The notes beneath the pieces were generated by a model, which was given only the letters and a program-made list of their open reading frames with translations, was not told the origin of the DNA and ran no database searches. Both the position numbers and the translations under genes were made by a program. From Octopus sinensis (Eukaryota), in the NCBI RefSeq assembly GCF_006345805.1, contig NW_021834573.1, forward strand, positions 1 to 59,553: a DNA stretch of 59,553 bases. The letters are read 5' to 3'. This document shows, in pieces, positions 40,507 to 51,866 of the stretch. Every line of letters starts with the position of its first letter. The stretch's first letter is position 1.

Positions 40507-40735
40507 TTTCTACTCTAAGCACAAGGCCCGCAATTTATGGGGAGGGGCCAGACGATTAGATAGACCCCAGATAAATACTATCTATCTATCTATCTAACTG
40601 GTACTTAATTTATCGACCCCGAAAGGATGAAAGGCAAAGTCGACCTCGGTGGAATTCGAACTCAGAACATAAAGGCAGACGAAATACCGCTAAGCATTTC
40701 GCCTGGCGTGCTAACGTTTCTGTCAGCTCGCCGCC
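40507..40735 (-). mobile_element. tRNA-derived SINE, family 2 (head GGCGGCGAGCTGGCAGAA), tail variant A
   Basis: Matches 44781-45199, 46392-46622 and 48614-48835. Confidence 0.9.
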
Positions 40736-40737
40736 TT

Positions 40738-40791
<54 letters not shown>

Positions 40792-40796
40792 GAGAG

Positions 40797-40844
<48 letters not shown>

Positions 40845-41002
40845 TATATATACATATATATAACATGTATATATATATATATATATATATATTGATAGAT
40901 AAATATACAGATGAATAGATAGATGAGCGTTGCGTGTTTGCTTGTGTGTACAGATGCATGCATGTGGGAAAATGTGAGATCAAGAGGGACAGACAGAAGT
41001 AG

Positions 41003-41036
<34 letters not shown>

Positions 41037-41398
41037 AGGTTTATTTAATATTTATTGAATCGACTGGACTAAACCAGTGCAGTGAAGGTAAGGAAGAAAA
41101 ACACCGTATTGTGTGTTGAATTAGCTTCGACCTACTGACTTACAAACAGCTTCCTGTGCTAAACTTTAAATGGACTGACCGGATATGGCAGTCGTTCACT
41201 TCCGGCGATACATTAAAAAAAAATGAAAATAAAAATAAGAGAATGAAATAAAGAAAATAAACATTGATCGAATAATTCTTTAAAATAAGGAAGGAAGGAA
41301 GGAAGAATAGAATAAAAGATTGGGAACGAGTAAACTAAAAATGAATGAGACCAACAAAGAAACGGACAAATGAACTAAAAGTAAAAGAGGAAGACAAT

Positions 41399-41437
<39 letters not shown>

Positions 41438-41685
41438 TGGGAGAGAAAGACGGAGAGAGAAACAGAGACAAAGAGAGAGAGAGAGATAGAAACAACAATG
41501 ACACGAAGAAAAAGAAGAGGAAAAATAGAGAAAAGAAAAACAGAAGTTATATATATATATATATATACATATATATATACATACATATATAAATAGATAT
41601 AAGAGGAGAGGAAGAGAGTGTGAGAGAGAAAGACAGAGAGTGAGAGAGAGAAAGAGAGAGAGAAGAGAAGAGAAGAGATAGATTG

Positions 41686-41719
<34 letters not shown>

Positions 41720-41923
41720 GATACTATGGTTGTAGAAATGATGGTTTAATGTAGAACATTGAAAAGTTAACGAGTTGGCACAGCTCGTAAACACCGTATT
41801 TCTAGAGGACTTATTTATTACACGCCAGACATTTTTCTTCTTGTTTTTATGTTGTAAAGTAAATTGTATTAAGTTCATATATATGCAAATGTATATGTCT
41901 ATCTATCTATCTATCTATCTATC

Positions 41924-41981
<58 letters not shown>

Positions 41982-42078
41982 ACTTCCTCTACACACACAT
42001 ATCATTGTATGAAACACATACACAGACACACACATAATCATATCTGTTGGTCTGTCTATCTGTCTGTCTGCCTGTCTA

Positions 42079-42160
<82 letters not shown>

Positions 42161-42312
42161 AATCAATCAATCAATCTCTCTCTCTCTCTATGTATGTATG
42201 TATGTATGTATGTATGTATGTATGTATGTATGTATGTATGTATGTATGTGTGTGTGTGTATGTATGTAAGTATGTATGTATGTATGTATGTATGTATTAT
42301 GTATGTATGTAT

Positions 42313-42675
42313 GTGGAGGCGCAATGGCCCAGTGGTTAGGGCAGCGGACTCGCAGTCGTAGGATCGCGGTTTCGATTCCCAGACCGGGCTTTGTGAGTGT
42401 TTATTGAGCGAAAACACCTAAAAGCTCCACGATGCTCCGGCAGGGATGGTGGTGATCCCTGCTGTACTCTTTCACCACAACTTTCTCTCACTCTTACTTC
42501 CTGTTTCTGTTGTACCTGTATTTCAAAGGGCCGGCCTTGTCACTCTCTGTGTCACGCTGAATATCCCCGTGTCTGTGAAGTGCTCAGCCACTTACACGTT
42601 AATTTCACGAGCAGGCTGTTCCGTTGATCGGATTAACCGGAACCCTCGTCGTCGTAACCGACGGAGTGCTTCCAT
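42313..42675 (+). mobile_element. tRNA-derived SINE, family 3, tail variant A
   Basis: A box TGGCCCAGTGG and B box GGTTTCGATTCC; flanked by (TATG)n on both sides. Confidence 0.88.
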
Positions 42676-42714
42676 TCATGTATGTATGTATGTACGCATG
42701 TATGTATGTATGTA

Positions 42715-43790
42715 AGAATGTCCTTATTCAGAAATAGAGAAAGAGCCAGTTTCTAACCTAGATCCAAGCCTCTTTTATTAGAATTTCAACATCAACAACG
42801 GTATTTTTGTATGTATGTATGTATGTGATCACGTGATCACGTGACCGACCAGACCATCAGATGTTGTTACACATCGCTGGTCACAATGCGTTCGCATTAT
42901 TTTAGCCTTTGAATGACGCCACCCCGCTGGCTAAGCGAGCAGGCCAACAGAAGAAAGAGTGGGAGAAAGTTGTGGCGAAAGAGTACAGCAGGGATCACCA
43001 CTCCCTGCCGGAGCGTCGTGGAGCTTTTTAGGTGTTTTCACTCAATAAACACTCACAACGCCCGGTCTGGGAATCGAAACCACGATCCTACGACCGCGAG
43101 TCCGCTGCCCTAACCACTGGGCCATTGCGCCTCCACATGTATGTATGCATGTATATGTTCAGATTTGTATGTTTTGTTTTATGTATGCATTCACATGCAT
43201 AAAGTTGCGTGGTATTTAGGCAGTGCGGTACATATCCCAGGGCCCCAATAATTACAGGTATAAACCTGAACTTGTAATCTCGATAGAGTAACTGCAGATT
43301 TCTCAATAGGTCAGCGTAGACATTCTCTTTTTCACTGATCTTCAGCTTTATGTTAATATCAGCTGGGCAGCTAATTTCTACAACTATACACAGTTTCGTT
43401 TCCCTATTCCAAACCATTATATCAGGTCTGTTTTGCTTACATTTTATTGAGGTCTTCACTGGGACATTCCACCAGTACTCCTTTTTATTATGAGTGGCTA
43501 GGTCTTCTACCATACCGTGGGTTCTTATTTCTTTGTCCTCGGGATTATCCCTCATTATTTCGTAATAGAGTGTCCTTTCATTATTTCGTAACAGAGTGCG
43601 CTAGCTACAAAATCATATCTCATCGGTAGATTATACCGTGATGACATTTTCGGACAACTGCTTATGATGAGGGTGATATTTTAGGGGTTAACTCCAAAAT
43701 GTCTACATCGGTTGTAACATTTTACTGCTTTTCCTGCATCTCTATCCTTCTTGTGCATCAGGTTGATATTTCTTGTTCCATACGTATATA
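42715..43790 (-). pseudogene. 5'-truncated RLE-type non-LTR retrotransposon (R4/Dong-like), C-terminus plus 3' UTR, interrupted by a SINE
   Basis: Degenerate CCHC knuckle (KCYNRCRHFGVNP*NITLIISSCPKM, ~43590-43720). RLE motif YWWNVPVKTSIKCKQNRPDIMVW...VVEISCP..N...KISEK...Y...FIPVIIGALG in ORF 43088..43555. 42715-42815 is the reverse complement of the 3' UTR at 44670-44750. Confidence 0.87.
42826..43136 (-). mobile_element. tRNA-derived SINE, family 3, tail variant B, inserted in the LINE 3' UTR
   Basis: Full head to GTGATCACGTGATCAC tail; near-identical to 39056-39367. Confidence 0.9.
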
Positions 43791-43799
43791 TATATATGT

Positions 43800-44035
43800 A
43801 TGTATACATGCAGATGTATGTATACGTATGTTTTGTTTTATGAATGTCTTCTCATGCATATACTTTCATATCTAGACATGCACAGTTATACTTAAATGAT
43901 AAACTTCTGGAAAGTTTTACAGATTTTTACTGTTCCAATCATGGATTGGATCTGTAGTCTTTGAATCAGCTTTCTGATTTTGAGAAGCCTAATTTTTGAA
44001 GATTGGTATCTAGGCAGTATGTTACATATCCCCGC
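43800..44035 (-). pseudogene. Second R4-like LINE 3' fragment
   Basis: Encodes IRKLIQRLQIQSMIGTVKICKTFQKFII*; reverse complement of 44430-44640. Confidence 0.85.
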
Positions 44036-44067
44036 ATGTATGTATGTATGTATGTATGTATGTATGT

Positions 44068-44185
44068 ATGTGATGGTACGTGACTTAATAGTTAGAGTTT
44101 TGCGCTCACAATCGCTAGATCGTGGGTTCCATTTCCGGACCAAGCAACGTGTTGTGTTTTTGAGCAAAACACTTCATCTCACGTT
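44068..44185 (+). mobile_element. Decayed CORE-type SINE head
   Basis: GGTTCCATTTCCGGACC...GTGTTTTTGAGCAAAACACTTCATCTCACGTTG. Confidence 0.6.
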
Positions 44186-44367
44186 GTTCCAGTACATACA
44201 TACATACTAACCTACCTACCTACCTACCTACGTACCTACGTACCTACCTACATAAGTACATACGTACGTACCTACCTACCTACGTACCTGCGTACCTACC
44301 TACCTATCCACCTATCTACATACATACATACATGCATACATAAATACATATACACATACATATTAAA

Positions 44368-44778
44368 TTATTGAGGAATCTACAGCTACTCAATCCAGAT
44401 TACAAGTTCAGGTTTATACCTGTAATTATTGGGGCACTGGGATGTGTAACACATTGCCTAAATACCAATCTTGAGAAACTAGGCTTCTCAAAACCAGAAA
44501 AAAGAAAGCTGATTCGAAGGCTACAGATCCAAGCCATCACCGGAACTGTGAAAATCTGTAAATCTTTCCAGAAGTTTATCATTTAAGTATATATGAGCAT
44601 GTCTAAGCATGTAACTACATGCATGAAAATACATAAATTTGCATATATACATATATACATACAAACAAACAAAAATACCCTGCTGTTGATGTTGAAATTT
44701 CAATGAAGGACCCTTGAGTCTTGGTTAGAAATCGGCTCTTTCTATATTGGCAAGAAATCTTGAAATAAAACTGAATAA
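44368..44778 (+). pseudogene. Third R4-like LINE 3' fragment with complete 3' UTR
   Basis: ORF 44371..44586 reads RNLQLLNPDYKFRFIPVIIGALGCVTHCLNTNLEKLGFSKPEKRKLIRRLQIQAITGTVKICKSFQKFII*. Confidence 0.88.
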
Positions 44779-45203
44779 TCTTTTCTACTCTAGGCACAAG
44801 GCCTGAAATTTTGGGTGAGGGGGCTAATAGATTAGATCGACTCCAGTACGCAACGGGTCCTTAATTTATCGACCCCGAAAGGCAAAGTCGACCTCAGTGG
44901 AATTTGAACTCAGAACGTAAAGACAGACGAAACACCGCTAAGCATTTCGCTCGGCGTGCTAGCGTTTCTTATTTCTTTACTGCCCACAAGGGGCTACACA
45001 CAGAGGCGACAAACAAGGACAGACAAATGGCTTAAATCGATTATATCGACTCCAGTGCGTAACTGGTACTTAGTTAATCGATCCCGAAAGGATGAAAGGT
45101 AAAGTCGACATCGGCGGAATTTGAACTCAGAACGTAGCAGCAGACGAAATACTGCTAAGCATTTCGCCCGGCGTGCTAACGATTCTGCCAGCTCGCCGCT
45201 TTA
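44779..45203 (-). mobile_element. Composite of two family-2 SINE copies, flanked by a 17-bp TSD
   Basis: GAAATAAAACTGAATAA at 44762-44778 and 45204-45220; internal junction at ~44969. Confidence 0.85.
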
Positions 45204-45229
45204 GAAATAAAACTGAATAACGATATACA

Positions 45230-45251
45230 TAAACACACACACACACACACA

Positions 45252-45306
<55 letters not shown>

Positions 45307-45308
45307 CG

Positions 45309-45399
<91 letters not shown>

Positions 45400-45412
45400 A
45401 CACACACACACA
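45230..45412. repeat. (CA)n microsatellite
   Basis: Direct reading. Confidence 0.97.
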
Positions 45413-45741
45413 TTTTTACAATTTATGAATTTATTCTGCAAGATTCCTGACGTGAAATCGTGTGTTAAAACAGGTATTATTATTTCGGACACAGTATCAC
45501 CGTTAAAACAGCAGAAAAAACAAAAAAAAAAATGGGCATTATTACATTTACAAGGCGGAAAAGGTTGCCAACAAAGAGACACAGGAGACGAACCCATTGT
45601 CTCGTAAGGTTAATAAGACCTAATTTTTCTATTGTTTTAACGGTGATACTACGTTCGAAATATCACTTTCTTAACTGTATCGTACGATACACATTCAACG
45701 CTTCTAAAAGAAAAAAAAACGAAAAAAATACAAAACATATA

Positions 45742-46160
45742 GGCGCAGGAGTGGCTGTGTGGTAAGTAGCTTGCTAACCAACCACATAGTTCCGGGTTCA
45801 GTCCCACTGCGTGGCATTTTGGGCAAGTGTCTTCTGCTATAGCCCCGGGCTGACCAATGCCTTGTGAGTGGATTTGGTAGACGGAAACTGAAAGAAGCCT
45901 GTCGTATATATGTATATATATATATATAAGTGTGTGTGTATATGTTTGTGTATCTGTGTTTGTCCCCCTAGCATTGCTTGACAACCGATGCTGGTGTGTT
46001 TACGTCCCCGTCACTTAGCGGTTCGGCAAAAGAGAGCGATAGAATAAGTACTGGGCTTACAAAGAATAAGTCCCGGGGTCGATTTGCTCGACTAAAGGCG
46101 GTGCTCCAGCATGGCTGCAGTCAAATGACTGAAACAAGTAAAAGAGTAAAAAGAGTAAAA
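45742..46160 (+). mobile_element. Full-length tRNA-derived SINE, family 1
   Basis: Head GGCGCAGGAGTGGCTGTGTGGTAAG, B-box-like GGTTCAGTCC, tail (GTAAAAGA)n. Confidence 0.92.
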
Positions 46161-46372
46161 CAGCTGTAGAAATGATTTGTGACGTCACTGGTGCCAAGCT
46201 GTATCGGCCCCTTTGCCTTTCCCTTGGATAATACTGGTGGCGTGGAGAGGGGAGGCTGGTATGCATGGGCGACTGCTGGTCTTCCATAAACAACCTTACT
46301 CGGACTTGTGCCTGGGAGGGTAACTTTCTAGGTGCAATCCCATGGTCAGTGTCGTGACCGAAGTGGTTCTCA
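46161..46372 (+). mobile_element. 3' half of a family-4 SINE
   Basis: Matches 37510-37715 (CAGCTGTAGAAATG...GGTGCAATCCCATGGTCAG). Confidence 0.85.
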
Positions 46373-46391
46373 GCATTCATATATGTATATA

Positions 46392-46622
46392 TATTTCTTA
46401 ACTACCCACAAGGGGCTAAACACAGAGGGGACAAACAAGGACAGACAAACGGATTAAGCCGATTACATCGACCCCAGTACGTAACTGGTACTTAATTTAT
46501 CGACCCCGAAAGGATGAAAGGCAAAGTCGACCTCGGCGGAATTTGAACTCAGAACGTAGCGGCAGACGAAATACCGCGAAGCATTTCGCCCGGCGTGCTA
46601 ACGTTTCTGCCAGCTCGCCGCC
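46392..46622 (-). mobile_element. Family-2 SINE, tail variant B, with a probable 14-bp TSD
   Basis: ATATATGTATATAT at 46379-46392 and 46627-46640. The TSD is low-complexity, so it is weaker evidence. Confidence 0.88.
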
Positions 46623-46789
46623 TTCAATATATGTATATATGATGGATTCTCCATCGAAGATGATGCACGAGGATGATGCACAAGTGTTCAGATTTTGCAA
46701 AACGATCAGCACAAAATGATTTGTTTATAATGATCAGATGTACGTGGTGTTTGTATTACCTCAATCTCCTTATCAAATCAACGTTACCT

Positions 46790-46940
46790 GAACAGGTGTG
46801 CAATGTACCGCGTATCAGGCGCTGAAGTGATCGCAGAGCAACGTGAGGTGAAGTGTTTTGCTTAAGAGCACAATGCACCACCCAGTTTTGAAATTGAAAC
46901 TATGATCTCGCAGTCTTGAGTGCAATCATTAGGCCATGCA
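46790..46940 (-). mobile_element. Decayed CORE-type SINE head
   Basis: Reverse complement GCATGGCCTAATG...TGTGCTCTTAAGCAAAACACTTCACCTCACGTTGCTC. Confidence 0.6.
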
Positions 46941-46961
46941 CTACTTTATACACACATTAAA

Positions 46962-47354
46962 TCTTTATATATAAAAGTCAAGTTGTGTGTTTGTCTCCTA
47001 CGATTTAGATTCCTAACTACTCCCACATTTTGCGGTGCAGTTTAACCAAAACCGGGTATCTTATAGTCGTGATTCATATCGAGCCCTTCTGGGTATTAGC
47101 GCGCGTCTACGATGAGTCTACGATTAAAAAAAAAATTATCATCATTTTTTCCATTTTAATGCATTTTTTCGCTATTATATAAGGGAAGTAACTCTCTAAA
47201 AATGTCTACGATGAGTCAACAATTAAAAAAAAAATTACTATCATTTTTTTCCCATTTTTAATGCATTTGTTTGCTATATTTTGGCTTTAACTCTAAAAAT
47301 GCTTATATAGTTATTTCCCTTACAAACCCGAGCAACGCCGGGCGATACTGCTAG
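46962..47354 (+). mobile_element. Intact non-autonomous Helitron (393 bp)
   Basis: A|TCTTTATATATAAAAG 5' end; hairpin CCCGAGCAACGCCGGG at 47327-47342, 8 nt before CTAG|T; no TSD. Confidence 0.9.
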
Positions 47355-47954
47355 TAAAATGTAAAAAAATATGCCCAATAAGGATAGGCAAACATAGCCA
47401 TACTTCACTTTGTAATGACACTGGAAGAAGGCGAAAGTCTTTCTGCTTTCATGACACTATTTAATTCTTCTAGCGCTGACCGTACGGTTCATGCTGAATA
47501 AGGCAGCAGAATGTTTTAAGTAACAAGTGTACACTTTCTGAATTTAAATTCGTGAAGCAACGTAAAACTTCCACTGGCAAACAGTTGTAAAGTCGAAAAA
47601 AAATAAAAGTAAAAAGGCAAAACATCCACCCAAAATAACAACAAACAAATGGTTTAAGTTAATTATAATGTAATGTAAAAAGGCACATGCAACATGTTTT
47701 ATTCGCTGAATTTCAATTTGTAACGATAGTAAAGCTGCCATCTATCCGAAACGTATGGCAAGTAATGTTATATATATGTATGTATGTGTGTGTGTGTGAG
47801 AGAGAGAGAGTATGTATGTATGTATGTATGTATGTATATATATATATATATATTATATATATATATATTATATATATATATATATATATACATATATATG
47901 TATATATATATATACAGCTCAAGAGCTGAAACTGGAAAATATAAAACATAAACA

Positions 47955-48018
<64 letters not shown>

Positions 48019-48066
48019 TAATATATATAGATGTATATATATATACATATATTATATATATATGTA

Positions 48067-48103
<37 letters not shown>

Positions 48104-48476
48104 CTATATATATATGTCTATATCTATCTATCTATCTATATATCTATCTATCTATATATATATATGAAATTAACAATAATATCTAATTTTATCTTAATCT
48201 AATATAAAGTAACACGCTATATGTTTCGCTAATCTCCGTGCATTTTCTGAGTTAGTGTTCGTAAATCACAGTAAAGCTCCCTTTTGAAATTCAAAGCCAC
48301 ACCAGCAACTACATCTACAATGACAATCAAATTCATTTTAATCTAATAAATCAAATATAAATCTATATAATGGTATGACAGGCTTTCATATTACTGGGTT
48401 AGCCTCAGAGCACACGGACTCCATATCTTCCATGTTCGCAACATCTTTTCTGCGTAATGTAGAAAATATCTACTGC

Positions 48477-48926
48477 GGTGGCGAGCTGGCAGAATCGTTA
48501 CCGCACCGGGCAAAAATGCTTATCGGCATTTCGTCGGTCTTTAGGTCCTGAGTTCGAATTCCGCCAAGTTCGTCTTTGTCTTTAATCCTTTCGGAGTCGA
48601 TTAAACAAGTACCTATTTCTTTATTACCCACAAGGGGCTAAACACAGAGGGGACAAACAAGGACAGACATAGGTATTAAGTCGATTACATCGACCCCAGT
48701 GCGTAACTGGTACTTAATTTATCGACCCCGAAAGGATGAAAGGCAAAGTCGACCTCGGCGGAATTTGAACTCACAACGTAATGCAGACGAAATACCGCTT
48801 AGCATTTCGCCCGGCGTGCTAACGTTTCTGCCTGCTCGATTAAACAAGTACCAGTTGAATACTGGTGTCGATGTAATCAACTTAAATCCCTTCTGAAATT
48901 GCTGGCCTTTCGCCAAAATTTGAACC
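48477..48926 (+). mobile_element. Older family-2 SINE acting as host for a younger antisense copy
   Basis: Head at 48477-48613; the body resumes at 48853 (AGTTGAATACTGGTGTCGATG). Confidence 0.82.
48614..48835 (-). mobile_element. Family-2 SINE, tail variant B, nested insertion with a 14-17-bp TSD
   Basis: TCGATTAAACAAGTACC at 48597-48613 and 48836-48852. Confidence 0.9.
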
Positions 48927-49283
48927 TGCTAAAGGGAATATATATTATCAGCGTTGCCCAAACGTTGTTAACTTCAAGTCAAGAAATCACTCTAAGGTTG
49001 GGACCAATGTACCATATGCCTTCATAAAAGGAATATTGATGTTATAGGACATGCTAACTATATATTAATTATAAACTAAGAGGAATAATATAGGTTTTAA
49101 AAGTTTTTAATGTTAATCCATACATGATATTATAGTTTCTTAATTTAATTTAATTCTATATATTATGCAGCTGAGGATTGCTCTGCGTTTAAATTGATGT
49201 AATGGTTGCATTGTTCAATTAAATGGAGTCGCTTGAAACGATCGTACTGCATTACCTCTGGATATCCTGTTGCTTATTTTAGC

Positions 49284-49316
<33 letters not shown>

Positions 49317-49370
49317 ATATATATATACTTATATATATATATCTATATATATATATATATATATATATAT

Positions 49371-49540
49371 AGGTGCAGGCATGGCTGTGTGGTAAGGTGC
49401 TTGCTTCCCAACCACATGGTTCCGGATTCAGTGCCAATGCGTGGTTCCTTGGGCAAGTGTCTTCTACTATAGCCTCAGGACGACCAAAGCCTTTTGAGTA
49501 GATTTGGCAGTCGGAAACTGAAAGAAGACCGTTGTATATT
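49371..49540 (+). mobile_element. 5' half of a family-1 SINE
   Basis: GGTGCAGGCATGGCTGTGTGGTAAG...CTTGGGCAAGTGTCTTCTACTATAG...GGAAACTGAAAGAAG. Confidence 0.85.
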
Positions 49541-49678
49541 TATATAATATAATAGTGTATAAGAATTTATATACTGAGAGGAGACCACCATGTGGATTCC
49601 TTACATGCTAGTGAGGACAGCCAAAACCCAAGTCACGAAAAAAACATTCTTACTTCTGATTCATTCAAGTGAGCAGGA

Positions 49679-49914
49679 CACTTGAATGAATCAAAATCTC
49701 AATTAACTCTATACCCATGACTTCCACCATTAATAATCAAATAAATCAATTAATTAGTCAATTAGTTGATTAATTAACCATCTGTGGGTCGTCAGTAGAG
49801 TCGCTGGAAAATGCATAATTATGAATTGACTAATTGACTAATTAACTAATTTATTTGATCGTTAATGGTGAAACTCATAGGTACAGAGCTGAGAGATTTT
49901 TACCCATTCAAGTG
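49679..49914. repeat. Imperfect inverted repeat (arms ~88 bp, spacer ~58 bp), MITE-like
   Basis: 49679-49766 aligns to the reverse complement of 49825-49914. Confidence 0.8.
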
Positions 49915-50137
49915 GCCCGCTCGCTTACAAGCAATGTGCAATAAGAACGTTTAAGGGTGAGAGAAAGTTGCGGTGAAAGAGTACAGCAGGGATCATCACC
50001 ACCCCTTGCCGGAGCCACGTGGAGATTTTTAAGTGTTTTCGCTCAATAAACACTCACAGCGCCCGGTCTGGGAATCGAAACTGCGATCCTGCGACCGCTA
50101 GTCCGCTGCCCTAACCACCGGGTCATTGCGCCTCCAC
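49915..50137 (-). mobile_element. Family-3 SINE, 3'-decayed
   Basis: Reverse-complement head GTGGAGGCGCAATGACCCGGTGGTTAGGGC. Confidence 0.85.
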
Positions 50138-50404
50138 AATAAAGAAATAAATATAAAACAAAGGACGTTGTCGCGTCGTTGTGTGTACACATTGTTTGTA
50201 TAAGTAGAAAGATTTTTTTCTGTGGACCCATGGTTCATTCTGTGAAGGAACCAACTTCATCCCTGTGCTGATAGAGGGAGGGAGAGAGTGAAAGTGCCTT
50301 TAAAAATGGAGAGAGAATCATAAGTCTATTCTCGTACGTCACTCAAACACAGACACACACACGATTACTCATATATATGCATATACATACACAACACATA
50401 CATT

Positions 50405-50572
50405 TATATAAGATGGGCTTCTATCAGTTTCCGTTTACTAACTCCCTTCACAAGGGTTTGGTTGGCCCATGGTTATAGTAAAAGACACTTACCCAAGGAG
50501 CCACACAGATGGACTGAACCCGGAACCATGCGGTTGAGAAGCAAAGCTCTTACCACACAGCCACGCCTGTGC
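50405..50572 (-). mobile_element. 5' half of a family-1 SINE
   Basis: CAGTTTCCGT...AAGACACTTACCCAAGG...TTACCACACAGCCACGCCTGTGC. Confidence 0.8.
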
Positions 50573-51429
50573 TTTCATACATAGATATAGGTGTGTGTGT
50601 GTGTGTGTGGTGTCTTTGCGTTTGTACCCATATATACGTGTGCGTGTGTGTATGTGTATGAGTGTAAGTGAGGGTATGTGCGTATTTGTCTGTATCTGTG
50701 CGTAGCACTTCCTACGAAATGACGACCGGTGATGGTTTACCTATGTCTCCGTAACTTAGCGGTTCGTGGCACAAAGGATCGATAGTATACCGGACTTAAA
50801 AACAGAAAATTATGGGGTCGGTGTACCTCGACAAAACCCTTCGAATCAGAGTCCACGCTTGGCCGCAGTCCAATGGCTACCGAAATAAAATTTAAAAGTG
50901 GAAGAGTAACAGAGAGGACCAAGGTGTTTCATATTTTCACTAACTCTTGTACATCAACAGTATCTTCTTTTCTGAAACCGGAGTAAAACTACAATCTCAA
51001 CCAGCAGCAAGCAGTTTCGAAGAAATTACAGAAAAACCACAATACAAAACAGCAAAAGCAACAACATTCAACAACAAGACAAACAATATTTAAGCTTAAT
51101 CTTAACATCTCTCTGTCTTTCTTTCATTCATTCATTCTTCTTTCTTTCTTTCTTTCTTTCTTTATTTTTCTCTCTCTCAAAGACAAACACATACACACAC
51201 ACACACACACAGAAAGTAAAAATAAACATAAAAAAAGCCGAAGAAAAATAAAAACAAAATCAAAAACAGAAACGCCAGCATCTTTTCAGTAACCACGGTA
51301 ACATTCAGTGAGAATTGCTTTTTCGCTTTTCTACTTTTTATGTCAACTATAAATTATTAGTGACACGCGAACGTAGCTCACGGCTTCAGTTCCATTGCAA
51401 TTAAGTGTTTATTGTCATGCATTATAGTA

Positions 51430-51476
51430 TGTATTAGTATATATATATTATATATATATATATATATAATAATGCT

Positions 51477-51517
<41 letters not shown>

Positions 51518-51594
51518 TGCTTGTATATATATATATATATATATGCTGTATATATATATGTTTATATAATATATATATATATATACACATATGC

Positions 51595-51641
<47 letters not shown>

Positions 51642-51698
51642 ATACTGTTTATACTTAGATATTTGATTTATATATATATATATATATATATATCTATA

Positions 51699-51732
<34 letters not shown>

Positions 51733-51835
51733 CGAATATCTACATATATATATATATATGTATATATATACCGACACAAACATACCTCTACGTTTATCTG
51801 TATATATAGATGCTTGTATAGATATGTATGTAAAG

Positions 51836-51866
<31 letters not shown>

